A DNA stretch of 64,000 nt, from the NCBI RefSeq assembly GCF_006345805.1, contig NC_043000.1, positions 44,516,001 through 44,580,000 on the forward strand, written 5' to 3'. Numbering within the stretch: the first letter of the stretch is position 1; every line of letters begins with the position of its first letter. The notes beneath the pieces are model-generated. The model worked only from the letters and a program-made list of their open reading frames with translations. It did no database searches and was not told the DNA's origin. The DNA is from Octopus sinensis. Its lineage: Eukaryota. The position numbers were made by a program, and so were the translations under genes. Shown here piece by piece: positions 23,467 to 37,230 of the stretch.

Positions 23467-24469
23467 CGTCCGATGCAAACAAACAAGTTTGTTTTCGAAG
23501 CGTTGAAATGTATTGTAGAACAAGGAGAAAGATAAATTTTAATCAACGCGTTATCCGAGTGGATACCGTGTTAGCTCTCATATTATATTCTAGGTTAGTG
23601 TTTCACGACTATGGTTACTAGGTGCTATAACGCACACTTAAATTGCTACGATAGGTAATTCCATGTTCTCTTCACTGGATTTTTGCAATGTATATTTGCA
23701 GTGTGTATTTGCAATGATTATAACGATAGAGAATATGGAAACTTCTATACGCTCAAAGTTTCTTTCCTTCTCTTTTGCCGTATGTTATGCAGCATATTTT
23801 TTATGGTTACAATGATCTATACGTGTTTGAGCTGCACAGAGTGTGAGCGCTTGCATATGCAGTGGCAAAATTTTCTGTGCAACTTCGTTTGGGAGTCTTT
23901 CAGCCAGTTTGGTTCGACGAGAATTGAATTCAGTGTCACATTTTTTAAATTGGTTATAGTGTTCAGGAGAAAGCGAGGGAAGGTCAGTCTGTATCTGAAA
24001 CCTGATATGGCTATAAAACTCTGTGGTTGACCTAGGTTTCACACCAGTTGCTCGCCAAGGTCTGGATTCTATCCAATTCGGTCAAAGTTTACTTTACTGT
24101 ATTATTGGTGCATTGCAGTAGATGCAGGTGAGCTCTTAATACGCTTCATTTCAAGTATAGTTCTTGTAATGTATTTTATTTTAGGTTAGTTCAGTTCTAT
24201 GTTACATTCTTAGTTATTCAATGTTTTCTATGGCTGTGATAATTATTATGTTGGGTAAGGTAAAGAAAAAGAAATATATACTAGGTTATTTAAGGATGGT
24301 ATATGCAGTAGAAAAATTCTGGGCATGGGCTTCTATCTTTCATTCCCAACTATATTTGTGTGAGATATGTAGTTACCTAATACGGATATTAAATTTTTTA
24401 AAAGCTTTAGCATGTTTCAGTCGACATCTTAAGGCCGGTCATAGTCTACTATTAAGTTGTGTTCCGACG

Positions 24470-24850
24470 TAAATATTTGGGATATTTCTCCAATACATAG
24501 CTCACATCTTTTCCTCATATTCTATACGTATTGGCTGCACCAATTATCTCCCACTCTGTGGTAAAGCTATGGGGCCACATTAGTCTGTTTAAGCCCGTGT
24601 TGCTCAATTATTATCTATCTCTAAATGAACTTAAATGGTGGGTTAATGGACATTTTTTCTAATTTACCGAGGTCGCTCCTATATAGGAGTATGTTCCTCT
24701 GTCATATACGATCTTACATTCATACACTAATTTCTTTGTCAAACATCTTAGAAGTAATGTTTTCCCCGACTAATGTGTCTCGCGTTAAACAAAAGTTCTT
24801 CATCGCCAAACTTTTTCTAATCAGAAACTGTTACAAGAATTAATTCAGCA
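24470..24850 (-). mobile_element. Penelope-like element GIY-YIG endonuclease remnant
   Basis: Broken frames read LVYECKIVYDRGTYSYIGAT, HLSSFRDR, SNTGLNRLMW, WEIIGAANTY and RCELCIGE. Confidence 0.6.
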
Positions 24851-26033
24851 TGTGAATAATCGATTCTTTTATGGTTATTAAGGGGAAAATGAAGAAAGGA
24901 AATTAATTATTTCAACTCATAATTTAGCTCTAACTTCACGGGCAAGAATTTCAAAGCAAAGTATAATACTAGCACAAAGATATCTGGGGTGCATACACTA
25001 TATTCAAACTCATTAGAAAATGTTGATAAACCCCAATAAAATTACACTACCGCCTTAAAACTGACTGCAAAGATATCTAAGATAAGGAATTTTATGTACA
25101 GTTTCAGTGAATATAAGGGAGATTGGTACAAGTGGAACACTTCTAGTTATAGCTATATCAGACGAGACGTAAGTGATTGTGGAAGCAACTACAAATTGAG
25201 GGCATCAAAGAGAACATATATAATATGTAGAGGAGAATCTAGGAAAAAGGTAACGATATTTTCACCAAAAGAACGTATTTAAATAAAAACATATTCTAAA
25301 AATTATATGTATTTTACATATAAACAGAAATTTAATGTTAGCAATTATCGTCATCAGCTCATTCTTACCTATGTCTTTTCAATTCAAGATAAGAGTGAAA
25401 TTTTGTATAGAGCAAAAATGCCACATCAATCAAAACACCTACGCTTGTACTAAATGATATTACTGAAAAAAAGTTAACGATAAAAGCATTACAAACATAT
25501 GTGAGCAGAAAATATAAAATTTCCAATGGAAATCTAATAAATTCAATTATAACACAAAATATTATTCCTTGGTAGATTTTTCTAACTTAGAATCATTCTA
25601 AGTGCAGGTACATATACAGATTATATAGAAAAGTATGAATTTATATCAGCATTGCTCTCTCTTTCTCTCTGTCTCTCTGTCTCTCTTTCTCTTTCTCTCT
25701 CTATCTCTCTCTCTTTCTCTTTCTTTGTATATATATTAAAACGTTTCTATGGATAACTGTATAAATGTCACTGTGCTTGCATGCAAGTGAATATTTACAT
25801 TCTTGTTCTTATCTGTACTCAGTATAAAAATATTTTAGTGACTCACTTCTGTATATAATGTATTTCTGTGGTGCCCTTTTCATTATAGGGTTGAACCTCA
25901 TTGCAGTTCCGATAAAATAATTTAATATGATGTCATAATATCTGTGGTAAAAATATGAAGACAATTCTTGCCGCATCAATAAAGTTACATAATAATGATA
26001 GGATATAACAATATAATATAATGCAATGAAGTG

Positions 26034-26066
<33 letters not shown>

Positions 26067-26759
26067 TGCTCTTTGGAGTTGCCAGTATAGTCGTCAACAG
26101 CCTGACATCTGACGTTGTGGGGAAAAAGGGGGTAGTTGCCCGCCCCTTTCTTTCTTTCTTTCTTCCATCCTTTCTTTTATTCTTTCTTCGATTCTTTCTT
26201 TCTTCCTTTCTTTATTTCTTTCTTTTTTTTTCTTTTTTCTTCCTTCCTTTCTATTTTCATCTTTCTCGCATACACGCATACATATATATATCATATACTT
26301 AATTATTTAGATAGATATATATATATATGTATCTTTTAACTTTTACCTTTTACATTTCATACTATTAGATATTGGCTATGCTGGGGCATAACCTAGAAGA
26401 ATTTAATACGCATGAATCGCTGCCAGTGCATATTTTATCAGGCACACACACGCATATATATATATAGATTTTTGCATATATAAAATCTTTATCTTTATCT
26501 ATCTCTCTCTCACTGTCATTATATATATAAATATATATGAGTAACAAAGATGAAGAGGCATCAGTTCATTACAGCCGTTTCAAGCGAATCCTTTAATTGA
26601 TTAAGGAAAATATTGCATCATTTCAAAAAAACGGTCTTCGTTTGATGACTATATAGACTTCAAACACAAAGTAGAAACCAATTGCTTTAACATACTCGCG
26701 TCACAATTGGGGGTCAAAATGTTTAAATTGGCCCTCCTGTCAATTCTATGGCAGAATGA

Positions 26760-27120
26760 GTTTAGAAAATAGTCTAAATAGTCTATTACTAGAGGTTACA
26801 GTGAGGGCGGGAGCAAGGATAGTTGGAAATAGTAAACTAGTTACCTAGACTTCGAAGAGAGTAGGGGGAATGTACTCTACAATAAATTAAAGTTTTGGTT
26901 ATTTGTAGCTGTATTCTAGACAAAGGGAGATCATTAAATTAGTACCATGACAGCCTACTAGACTAACTACTGGAACCTTATATCCGTTTTTTTTTCTATA
27001 TCAAAGGGTAAGGCTTGGTGTGCTAAAAATTGGAATGCAAGATGAGGAGGGGTAGATAATTGTAAGAAAGGATGATAGGAAGAGCTAACAATACATATTT
27101 TGTTTGTCATCTTCAAGGGG
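26760..27120 (-). mobile_element. Penelope-like RT remnant, highly decayed
   Basis: Broken frames read GYKVPVVSLVG and LFEV*VTSLLFPTI, resembling PLE RPIVS..G and SLDVTSLFPNI motifs. Confidence 0.4.
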
Positions 27121-27284
27121 AAGGTCATGAAAAGGTAAAGGAGTAAGTACTATAAATTAGGGATGGCATATAAGTTCAGAGAATAAGGGAAGGGGCATAT
27201 AGTAACTTAGCATATTTATAATGTTAAAGCAGAATATAATTGAATATATAGATGAAGGCTAGAAGATGCACTTAAAATGTTAAT

Positions 27285-27763
<479 letters not shown>

Positions 27764-28899
27764 TTGCCGGATAATTTAAGATATAAGGGAAATATTAAGA
27801 ATTTTTATAAATGTTGTGTATAAAATATCCTTGTAAAATATTATGTGATGGATTATAACGGAATTATTTATAATATCAATAAATACGTGTAGCATAGATT
27901 AAACTTATATTAAAACCATTCCCTTCAAAAACGGATGGGTAAAGATACGACATAGTAAGAAATGAAATCTAATGCATAATGTATGTAAATTAAAGATATA
28001 AATATATAAAGGAGTGCGTTTAATTACAATATTTAAACAAATCTACTCCTATAACCACATAATGAATCAATGTATAATTTTAAAAAATGAGAATATATAA
28101 TAATATAAGATTAAAGTTCACAGTACATCTTAGGAAAGAAGTATAAATTGTCACAAATTTATAAGCTATAAAAACTGTAGAAATATATTTAGAAAATGAT
28201 AGATGAAGGCATAAAATATAAAATTGAGAAGATATAATGAGTAATTAGAAAATATATTATACCATAAGATTACAGAATACATGAAAAAATCTATCAAGAC
28301 ATTTATAAACTATAAAAACTATGAAAATATATAAAAGAGGTATATAATGGTATAAAATATAAAAATATGAAAATATAAACATTTATAAAATATAAGAATG
28401 TTTTTTCTTAATTTTTATAGTAACTATAAAAAGATGATATAAAGAAGGATATGAAATAAAATAAAATAAAAAATATATTTTTATAATGGTATTGGTATAT
28501 AGAATAACTTATAGCCAAAATATTATTATTAATACAAGATAAAATAAAATATAAATATACTAATAGAGACAAAATTACCTTTGGAAATGGGTCTATAAGA
28601 TATATCTAAAGTACATCAACGGATGTTATCGAGATAGAATAGTATCAGATGTTAGAGGGTTTATTTCATAGTTAGGGGAGGTGAGAATTTTAAGAATTCA
28701 TTTGCAAAATAAATGTATTTTATATCAACCTTGATAAAAGAGATTCACCGCTGTACATATTGTAATTATTAAAATTTTATAAATCACAGAGAATAGGCTA
28801 CGAATGATATGTAACCCGGAATAGCTTATGTCACAAACAAATACAGTGTGATATTATTATTAATTACCTGCTTCTAAAGTATTTAAAGATACGGGTAAT

Positions 28900-29130
28900 C
28901 CTATGAACACATAACACCCTAAGAGCTAATTTATTACTTTGAAGATTGTATTTTCTCTATATTTGAATAGTTCATATATATATATATATTTATATACATA
29001 CGACATAGTTCACACCCATGCCGGCTATTAGTGTATGGTTGAGCTTCACGCAGTATAATCCGCTTCAAACTGAGTTTAATATTATCATCCTTGAGTTCCC
29101 AGATTTTCGTAGACAATGCCTAAGTAAAAA
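28900..29130 (-). mobile_element. Penelope-like element GIY-YIG C-terminal remnant
   Basis: LSTKIWELKDDNIKLSLKRIILREAQPYTNSRHGCELC matches the PLE endonuclease pattern LS..IW.LK...W.I...A.PY....C.LC. Confidence 0.65.
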
Positions 29131-29612
29131 GAACGAAAAATTTTTATTCAAGCATTTTTTTACTATTTACTGAGCACCCGATATAAATAAAGTTATTAGT
29201 TTCTATCAGTACTGTACATTTATATATAACATTTCCTGCTAAACATTGACCTAATAGCGGGCAATTATTATTATTAGTATTTCTAATCCTTTTTATTCCT
29301 ATTTATAGTGTTATCATTTGGGGTACTGTTCAAATTCATAGATGTATTATCAAGGGTTATGTCGCTATTACTTAAGTTATTACAATTCATATTATTATAT
29401 ATATTTTCGTTATAGAAAGTATTTTTATATAAAGGAAGAGCGGATCTCTTCGCTAAGTTGGGTCGAGTTATCTGCATACACTGCAAATATACCAAGTGCA
29501 AACACTTTTGCATAGAGTTTGATATTCATCTGATATTGTGTGAATGTGCAAATTTGATCAACCTGACAGGGTGCCTCAATTTAAGCATCTAATTTAACTG
29601 AATCGTAATTAT

Positions 29613-29682
<70 letters not shown>

Positions 29683-29744
29683 GCATATATACATTCATAT
29701 ATATAAATACCTATATATATATATATATATATATGCATATATGC

Positions 29745-30330
29745 ATGTATGGGCACAGGACATCAAAAAACGTGCGCAGAATGAGACACGTGAACAAAAA
29801 AAATAGAAAACGAACTTTTTCGAATAAAGAAAAAACAAACAAACAGAGAAACGAGACGTGCAACATAAAGAACATTCCCTTCGTCAGTTTTCCTCTGTTT
29901 CAAAGGTAAGGACAAGACGCAACTTCGTTAAAACAGTCATCTTCGCAAAGCAGATTAAATAAAAGTTGGAATTTTTTGCGGAGGGTGAAAGGTAACAAAA
30001 ACAAGACAGTGAGAACAAAACAGTAAGAACAAACGGTGAGGGCTGCGAAGATGATATGAAGTGCTGAACGCTGCAAAATGAGCTTTGACAGGAGACATAT
30101 AAAAGCGCGTCTTGTCGTAGGAAGGAAGTGGAAGAAAGAGAGAATGGCCGTTTATCACGTGTGAGTAATGAGAGATTCATAGAGGAAGAGTGAGAGAGAG
30201 AAAGGGAAAGGTGAAGGGGAGAGGAGATAAATAGGAAAAGAGTAGGAGAGAAAAAACAGAAATGAAGAAGAAAAAGAGAGGGAGATAGAAAGAGAGGAAA
30301 GAGATAGAATAAGAGTACGCATCGTAATTA
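29745..30330. repeat. Interspersed pLTR-like repeat family (related segments at about 32380-32440 and, inverted, about 33640-33710)
   Basis: Shared aggacatcaaaaaacgtg...gaatgaga start, each next to a (TA)n tract. Confidence 0.45.
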
Positions 30331-30425
30331 AGATAAAACTTACTCAGAAAAGGATGCGTGGCGTTTGATCATATGGTAATATAAATAATATCTAAATATA
30401 TGCATTTATACATACATATATGTGT

Positions 30426-32308
30426 AGTTAAGTTAAGTTAGTTTTTTCGCTCAAAAAGCAAAAAGCATGGCCATGTAGGGGGACATGGAGTTATGTACAA
30501 GGAGAGTGTTCATGCAAAGAGTTCAGGCCATTTCTGGTCAAGAGAGACTTTGAACCGAGCGGTCGTCGGCATCTTCACTATCTCGTCCGGCAGCTTATTC
30601 CACGGATCCGCAACCCGGACGGAGAAAGCCCCTCTCCTTTGATTGAGATGAAATCGTCGCAGATTGAGCTTTTCGGAGTGACCCCGCAGCCGACGCTGTG
30701 GAGCAGGAGTGAAGAACAGCTCACGGCGTCGTCATTTTTCTAGAGAATAAAGGTCGAGCGTCTTCAGCCTTTCTTCATAAGATAAATACTTGCGACCAAG
30801 AACCATGCGGGTAGCCAGCTTCTAGACTCTTTCGAGATGATGTATATCTTTGAGGAGATAAGGAGAAGAGGCTTGAATCCCGTACTCCAATATAGATCTC
30901 ACCAGCGTGACATAAGGCAGTAGTAATATGGCTGCTGTGAACATTCCGAATGACCGTCGAATCAAAAACAGAACTCCACGTGCTTTGTTGGTAGCATGGA
31001 CTCACTGGGCCGAAGGCGAAAAGGAAGAATCCACCAAGATACCCAGGTCCTTTACCCGGTCGGTCCTCTCCAGCAGCAGACGACCCGGCTCGAATTCAAG
31101 TTGAGTTGCAGGAGAAGAGCCAACAGGCAGATGACAGCACTTTGACACGTTCAGACACAGGTCCCATTCGTTAGACCATCTCCAAACTTGGTGGAGGCAT
31201 CGACGAAGATCATCTATATCACCGCGAGGAGCGACCAGTTTGACACCATCGGCAAATAGATGGGTGTGTTGCGTGAGGTCGTCGGGCAAGTCATTTATGA
31301 AGACTAAATACAATAAGGGCCCAAGCACTGAACCTTGAGGCACGCCACTGCTCGCACTGGAGACGTCGGACAGCGAACCATTAACTTGGACTTGGAAGGA
31401 GCGATCTGAGAGGAAGGCACCAACCCATCGTACAATATCAGTCCGGAAACTACATGCTAGAAGCTTGACAAGTAATAGGCGGCGGTTAACCGAGTCAAAA
31501 GCGTTGGCAAAGTCCAATAAAACGATGTCAACAGTATCACCATCATCCAGGATACGCGTCGCCAATTCTTCCATTACCAGTAAGTTGGTCAAGCATGATC
31601 TCTTCGGCACGAGATAGAGGCTGTGTTTTGGAGGTGGAGCAACATACTTTTCTTAAGGATGGTTTCGAACATCTTGCTGATTATTGAAATAAGTGAAACC
31701 GGTCGGTAGTTAAGCGGGTCTTCGCGGCTTCCTTTCTTAAAAACTGGGCAGATTATCGCTGTTCTCTAGTCCGCAGGTATAACACCCGTCGCCAATGACA
31801 TATTGAATAGAAGTGCTAAAGGTTCGTAGACGAACGGAGCCAACGCTTTGATAACCTGTGGGTGTATGCCGTTAGGGTCGTGACCCTTGTTGACATCGAG
31901 GCCTTGAATAGCGCGTTTGACTTCGTCCCGAGTGATGACCAATCTAGGTATTGGAGGTACCTATCTATCAAATGGAGGGTGTTCACGACCATCATCTTGT
32001 TTGAAAATTGTTGAAAAAGCCTCGGCAAATTAATGACTCTGCTGCTAAGGGTCCTCAATCGATGTGCCTGTTCAGTCACCAACGTTGCAATTCGGTTGTT
32101 CAAGCGGGAATTCCGTTGGACATGGGCAAAGAAGATTTTTGGAATGCGACTGGCGTTTGCCGCGATTCTGTATTCATATCTGAAGCGTTCTTCCTTTTCA
32201 ATTTTCACGGCTCGGTCTCGTTGAGTTTTGTACACCTCAAAAGCTGCAGTCGAATCTAGATTTTTGAATTCAGCCCAAGCAATATCTTTGAATCGAAGTT
32301 CTCGTTTA
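30426..32308 (-). mobile_element. CR1-clade LINE, 5'-truncated, ORF2 linker plus RT, decayed
   Basis: RSCLTNLL, LDFANAFDSV, SGVPQGSVLGPLLYLVFINDL, LFADGVKL and VKDLGILVD; 3' tail (TAACT)n at about 30426-30443. Confidence 0.9.
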
Positions 32309-32310
32309 AC

Positions 32311-32369
<59 letters not shown>

Positions 32370-33109
32370 GCATATATGTGTATAGGACATCAAAAAACGT
32401 GGTCGGAATGAGAAACGAGAACATAAAAAAACAAAAACATTGTTTACTCACTGGTAAAAGTTACATTAAAATAATGAAAATAAAAGTAAAAGTATATAGT
32501 TTGTATCCAGTCGAAAGTTCTCTTGAAAGGTTAAAATGTAACATGAATGTTATACAAAATTGAGCCTGTTTTAAGTGAAAGAATGTTACTAAAATGCGAA
32601 TTCAAAAGTTACCCTTACAGTAATTTTTCGTTCGATATTTTATACTTCGTGACGTATCTGAAGTAATTTAAAAGTTCCAACTTTTGGTACAGGGCATAGT
32701 TATCCTGGAAAGGATGAAAAGTTTTCATTCGGTTTTAAAATCTGACTTACATTCATATTAATCTTAATTAAACGCTAAGTAATTTACTCTGTGCATGTTT
32801 TCTTTTTAAGACCAAAATTTCTTTATAATTCATGGTTTTCTTCGATTTCATACAACACGATGTTTATGCCTTCTACCTTTTTTTTTTATTCACAACACCA
32901 CTGTTTTAAAAAACCGTTAATCGAAACGTCCAATCAAACTCAGATATGTATCTGTCAATATGAATTACATCACAATATATCATACGTATAACTTTAATTA
33001 TTGTTCCATTTCAGATCACAACTGAGCAATGAACAGGAAAGTGAAACTCTGAGTAGCAATATTCTGTTGTGATTTGCAGCTTTAATAATGACGAGGAGGA
33101 GGAGGAGGC

Positions 33110-33448
33110 AGAGTAGACCCCTTCGGTCATGAATGGCCATGAGTTTGCACCTAGAAAGTTACCCTCCGATGTACAAGTCCGGCCAATGTTGTTTGTAGAA
33201 GGCCAGCAGTCGCCCATGCATACCAGCCTCCGCTCTCCAAGCAACTAATGCTTCGCAAGGGAAAGGCAAAGGCCGGTACAGCTTGGCACTAGTGATGTCG
33301 CAATCCATTTCTACAGATGAGTTAACTGGAGCAATGTGAAATAAAGTGTCTTGCTTAAGAGCACAACACACAGCCCGATCCAGGAACCGAACTCACAAAC
33401 TCACGATCGTAAGCTCCACGCTCTAACTACTGAACCATGCAGCTTCAC
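33110..33448 (-). mobile_element. SINE family C (tRNA-head, Meta-domain-like core)
   Basis: Minus strand gcatggttcagtagttagagcgtgg...gtgctcttaagcaagacactttatttcacattgctccagttaactca; homologous to 54735-55040. Confidence 0.75.
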
Positions 33449-33581
33449 AAGCTTTAATAATAAACTATATAGACATATATATATATATATATACACATAT
33501 ATACGTGTGTGCATGTGACATCGTGTGTACCGTTGGCGAATTTTTTCCTCTGTCTTCCCTTCTCTGGATCTTTCCTTCTAT

Positions 33582-33616
33582 GTTTCCGACGAAGAGCTCC
33601 GCTCGAAACGTTAAAC
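33582..33616 (+). ncRNA. Minimal type I hammerhead motif, one core substitution (U4C)
   Basis: gttt-CCGACGA-a-gagc-tcc-gctc-GAAAC-GTT^aaac: 4-bp stem I (gttt/aaac), 4-bp stem II, palindromic stem III. Confidence 0.65.
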
Positions 33617-33712
33617 CCTCCTTCTTTCCTTCTTTCCTGAACGTCCAATAATACTATATTTGTTCCACGTTCTCGCGTTGTGTTTTTTGTGCTTTCTTGT
33701 TTGGATTAACTT

Positions 33713-33777
<65 letters not shown>

Positions 33778-34354
33778 ATATACGTGTGTGTGTGTATATA
33801 CCCGCGCAAACATACTTGAACACGCACATACATGCAGAAATGAACGCACGCATACATAGGAGTGAAACATTTATTAATTTTTCACGAGCGAACAAATTAT
33901 CTGGCATGCAGTAATGTAACAAAAGTCCATGAAACCCCTTTTACAGAAAATCTGTTGATGCAAAATTCATAAAAGCAGGCTACCCAAAATAAAAACAGAA
34001 TTTCGTGATCCTATTGCACTTCTGGAATGGTTAAGGTTATCATTAAAAATGTATAAACAAAATAAATATATTACATGCATAAACCCAGTATACTTTCTTG
34101 CACTAGAACAACAGGAAGTATAATTTCCTTGAAGGCGAGAGTTCTTATAAATCTATGCCTCTTGTAACATCACCGTTTCACGTTGCATATCAAGGGATTT
34201 AATGTTATTGGCAAATGATTAACAGTGTGTGTGAGTGTTTTCGTGCAAAATAAGTGCAGGTTTTATATTATAAAATATCTTATAGTTTCTTAACACTATT
34301 GGCAGGAGAATGGAAATTATTGGCAGTGGTATGCTCGTTCCCACACGCACCATA

Positions 34355-34405
<51 letters not shown>

Positions 34406-34886
34406 TACACACACACACACATGCTTGTGCCTATGTGTGTGTATAATTGTCATAGTAAGAGTGAAAGTTGTAATGATGATATGCTCTACTGCTATTACTA
34501 CTATTACCACCACCACCACCACCACCACCACTAATAACAACACTAATATAGGTGATGGTGATGATGGTGGTAGTGTTTAGCCATATCAACAGTGACTTGA
34601 CTGAAATGTAAAATTTCTAGTAAAGTGTATGAATAATAGCAAAAGAATTCAATGAAAACAGGAATGTTGTTTGCAACATTACTGAATTTTTTTCTTTAGA
34701 TGTGATCAAAGTAAAAACAAGGGTTTGCGTACCACCAAACCTTGACGCCTAAGCTGCACCTGGGCAAAATATTTCATTGAGAAAAGCAACATTTAAGCCA
34801 AATACGGATTGGTCAATAGAGTTCGTAAGATTATCAACCTGAATTATATATACGATATATATGTGTATGTGTGTGTGTGTGTATAC

Positions 34887-35690
34887 AAGTGACCATGAGA
34901 ACGAGAATGGGCACTAACTATGCGAACCTGTTCGATGGCTACGTTAAATCCCTAAAATTTTAAAGATTCAACTGGTCCCACTCACGAAATATACCGTCAT
35001 TATATTGATAACTGTATCGGTGCAACCTCACTCACCCGCGAACAACTAGACTCCTTCCACTCTTTTGTCCAATCCTTCCATCCTGTCGTCGATTTCTCCA
35101 GCACCAGTTACAAAACTTCCCGTGCTTTTCTCGACATTTCGGTCAACATACACAACTCCGCTCTCACTAATTCCATCCACTCCGAACACATCACCTCACA
35201 CTCACTCATAACTCAACTTTTCTATCTCCCACTCTATCCACAATCTCTCCATCTCCTACTTCCAATTCCTCCGCCTGCGCAGGCTCTGCAATGACAACCA
35301 TGACTTTGAGACTCAGTCTCAATTCATGGCTCGCCACTTCATACTTCGTGCATATCCCCTCACCACTATCTATACCTCCCTAACCAGAGCACAATCCGTT
35401 GACCGTGCGTCTCTCCTCGCATTCACCGTTGCCTGCCTCCCGTTTTCACTCATCTACCACCCAACCACCCTGCCCCTCAGTTCTCCGAGTCTTCGAGCGA
35501 CTCCAGTCCGACCACTCCATTTCGTACAACTTCCCCAAACTACCCCTCTCATCCTTCAAACGAACCCACTTGCCCTTCTGGTCCAAAGTTGTTCCCCTTA
35601 ACCCAACTCCCAACTTGGCTTATTTCCCTGCGCGCGTCCACACTACCGCACGGGTCACCTCCCTCTAACTTTCGGGCCTCGTGCCTAGAG
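34887..35690 (+). mobile_element. Penelope-like element RT C-terminal half, decayed
   Basis: Broken frames read RMGTNYANLF, YIDNCIGAT, SFHPVVDFS, FLDISV, SHSYLNFS and FQFLRLRRLCND. Confidence 0.75.
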
Positions 35691-37115
35691 TAGAAAGGAT
35701 TATATATATATATATTCTCATATAGCTACTTGCCCGTATTTTAATATATGCGTATCGGTGTGTATGAGAGAGAGGGATACGGTGTGTGTGTCTGCGTGTG
35801 CGCGTGCGATTGTATTAATACAAGTTTATGTTAATGTGTATATAACTTTGTTTCTATGTTTACACGTGAAAGTAGTTTATTTGCATCAGTATATCATTAT
35901 CTAATAGAGCTTATCTTTTATATAGTTCATTATATATTTCCATTATTATTGAAATTCTTACTCTGACCATGTTAATGAATATGAAATGATGAACATACGG
36001 AAAGAAGTTTTAATAATTACATAATTTTATTATATTGTCATTTGTTTTTCTGTGTTTGTTTCATGTTGTTTCGTATATATTTGTGTTTATATTTTGTTCA
36101 AAATAAAACTTTCTATTCAACTTGGCTAAAAACATTAATTCATTTTCTTAGATTAGTTTTATAATGTCTGAGACAAGAGTAAAAGCAACAGTACTAAAAC
36201 ATGTTTCTTGGTAAATTATTATTAGATTTTCCAGTAAAAGTCTAAGCATTCTCAAAGAAATTAGATAAAAGAATTCGCCTGATCATCAAAATTAGAAATG
36301 TGCAATTTCAAGGAGAAATAGCTACTTAAAGCTATGGATTATTAAAATAACTATTATACTACATCCAGGTTATAGGAGTTCATTAACTTAGATTCCAGAA
36401 ATGCAATAAAACAACCGTAATGCATGTGAGTAATTTAGTTATGAATTAGAGTACTGTGTAATGATTTCGAACATATCTCTGTGAACATGTACATATGGTT
36501 TTATGTATAGTGTGCGTATATTTGAATGTGTATGTATGTATGTGTGTATATATGTATGTATGTATTTATGTATTTATATAGATGCATACGTGAGCTTAGA
36601 TATGCATGTGTGTAATTGTTTTGTATATAACTGTGAATCTATATATACAGGATAAATATTTAGACGTTCATACATGTGTGAAATCCAGTCCTAGTTTTGT
36701 ACTTTTGGTTTGGTTATATGAATATATGTATGTATACACAGATGCGTATGCCTGCACACTATCATGTAAAGCCGTCTATGATTACTGGCATAGTCATTTA
36801 TAGCTGCGTATTTAACGTATGTTTCAATGAGTAGATTTAGTCTGGCAAAATGTGTTTACGGTTTTGCATGTGCGTATGTCTATGTATGAATGTATGCATG
36901 TATGTATGAATATACTTATCTATGTAGAGATATGCATGGGTTTGTCCATATGTTATTTTGTATGTGAGTCTGAGTATGAGAATGTTTGTGCGTGAGTGAA
37001 TGTGTGTATTTAAAAATAGTTCTACTTACGTTTTTCTTTAATATTTTATATGTTTATGCGTGTATCATCCTCCGTGTTTGTATTTGTAACTGCATACGTC
37101 TCTCTGTGTGTATAT

Positions 37116-37127
<12 letters not shown>

Positions 37128-37190
<63 letters not shown>

Positions 37191-37230
37191 CAGACAGATT
37201 GACATATAGACAGATAGATAGACAGACAAA
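37128..37230. repeat. (GATA)n/(GACA)n microsatellite within a long degenerate TA/TG tract (about 36460-37430)
   Basis: Direct reading. Confidence 0.9.

Noticed and set aside
23683-24042. Overlapping ORFs on both strands (115 aa +, 85 aa -) with plausible splice sites
   Set aside because: Adjacent to a PLE endonuclease remnant and probably part of that element; no recognisable domain, and the strand cannot be decided.
27780-28600. Very AT-rich stretch with faint periodicity of about 150 bp
   Set aside because: Low complexity; repeat units could not be aligned convincingly by eye.
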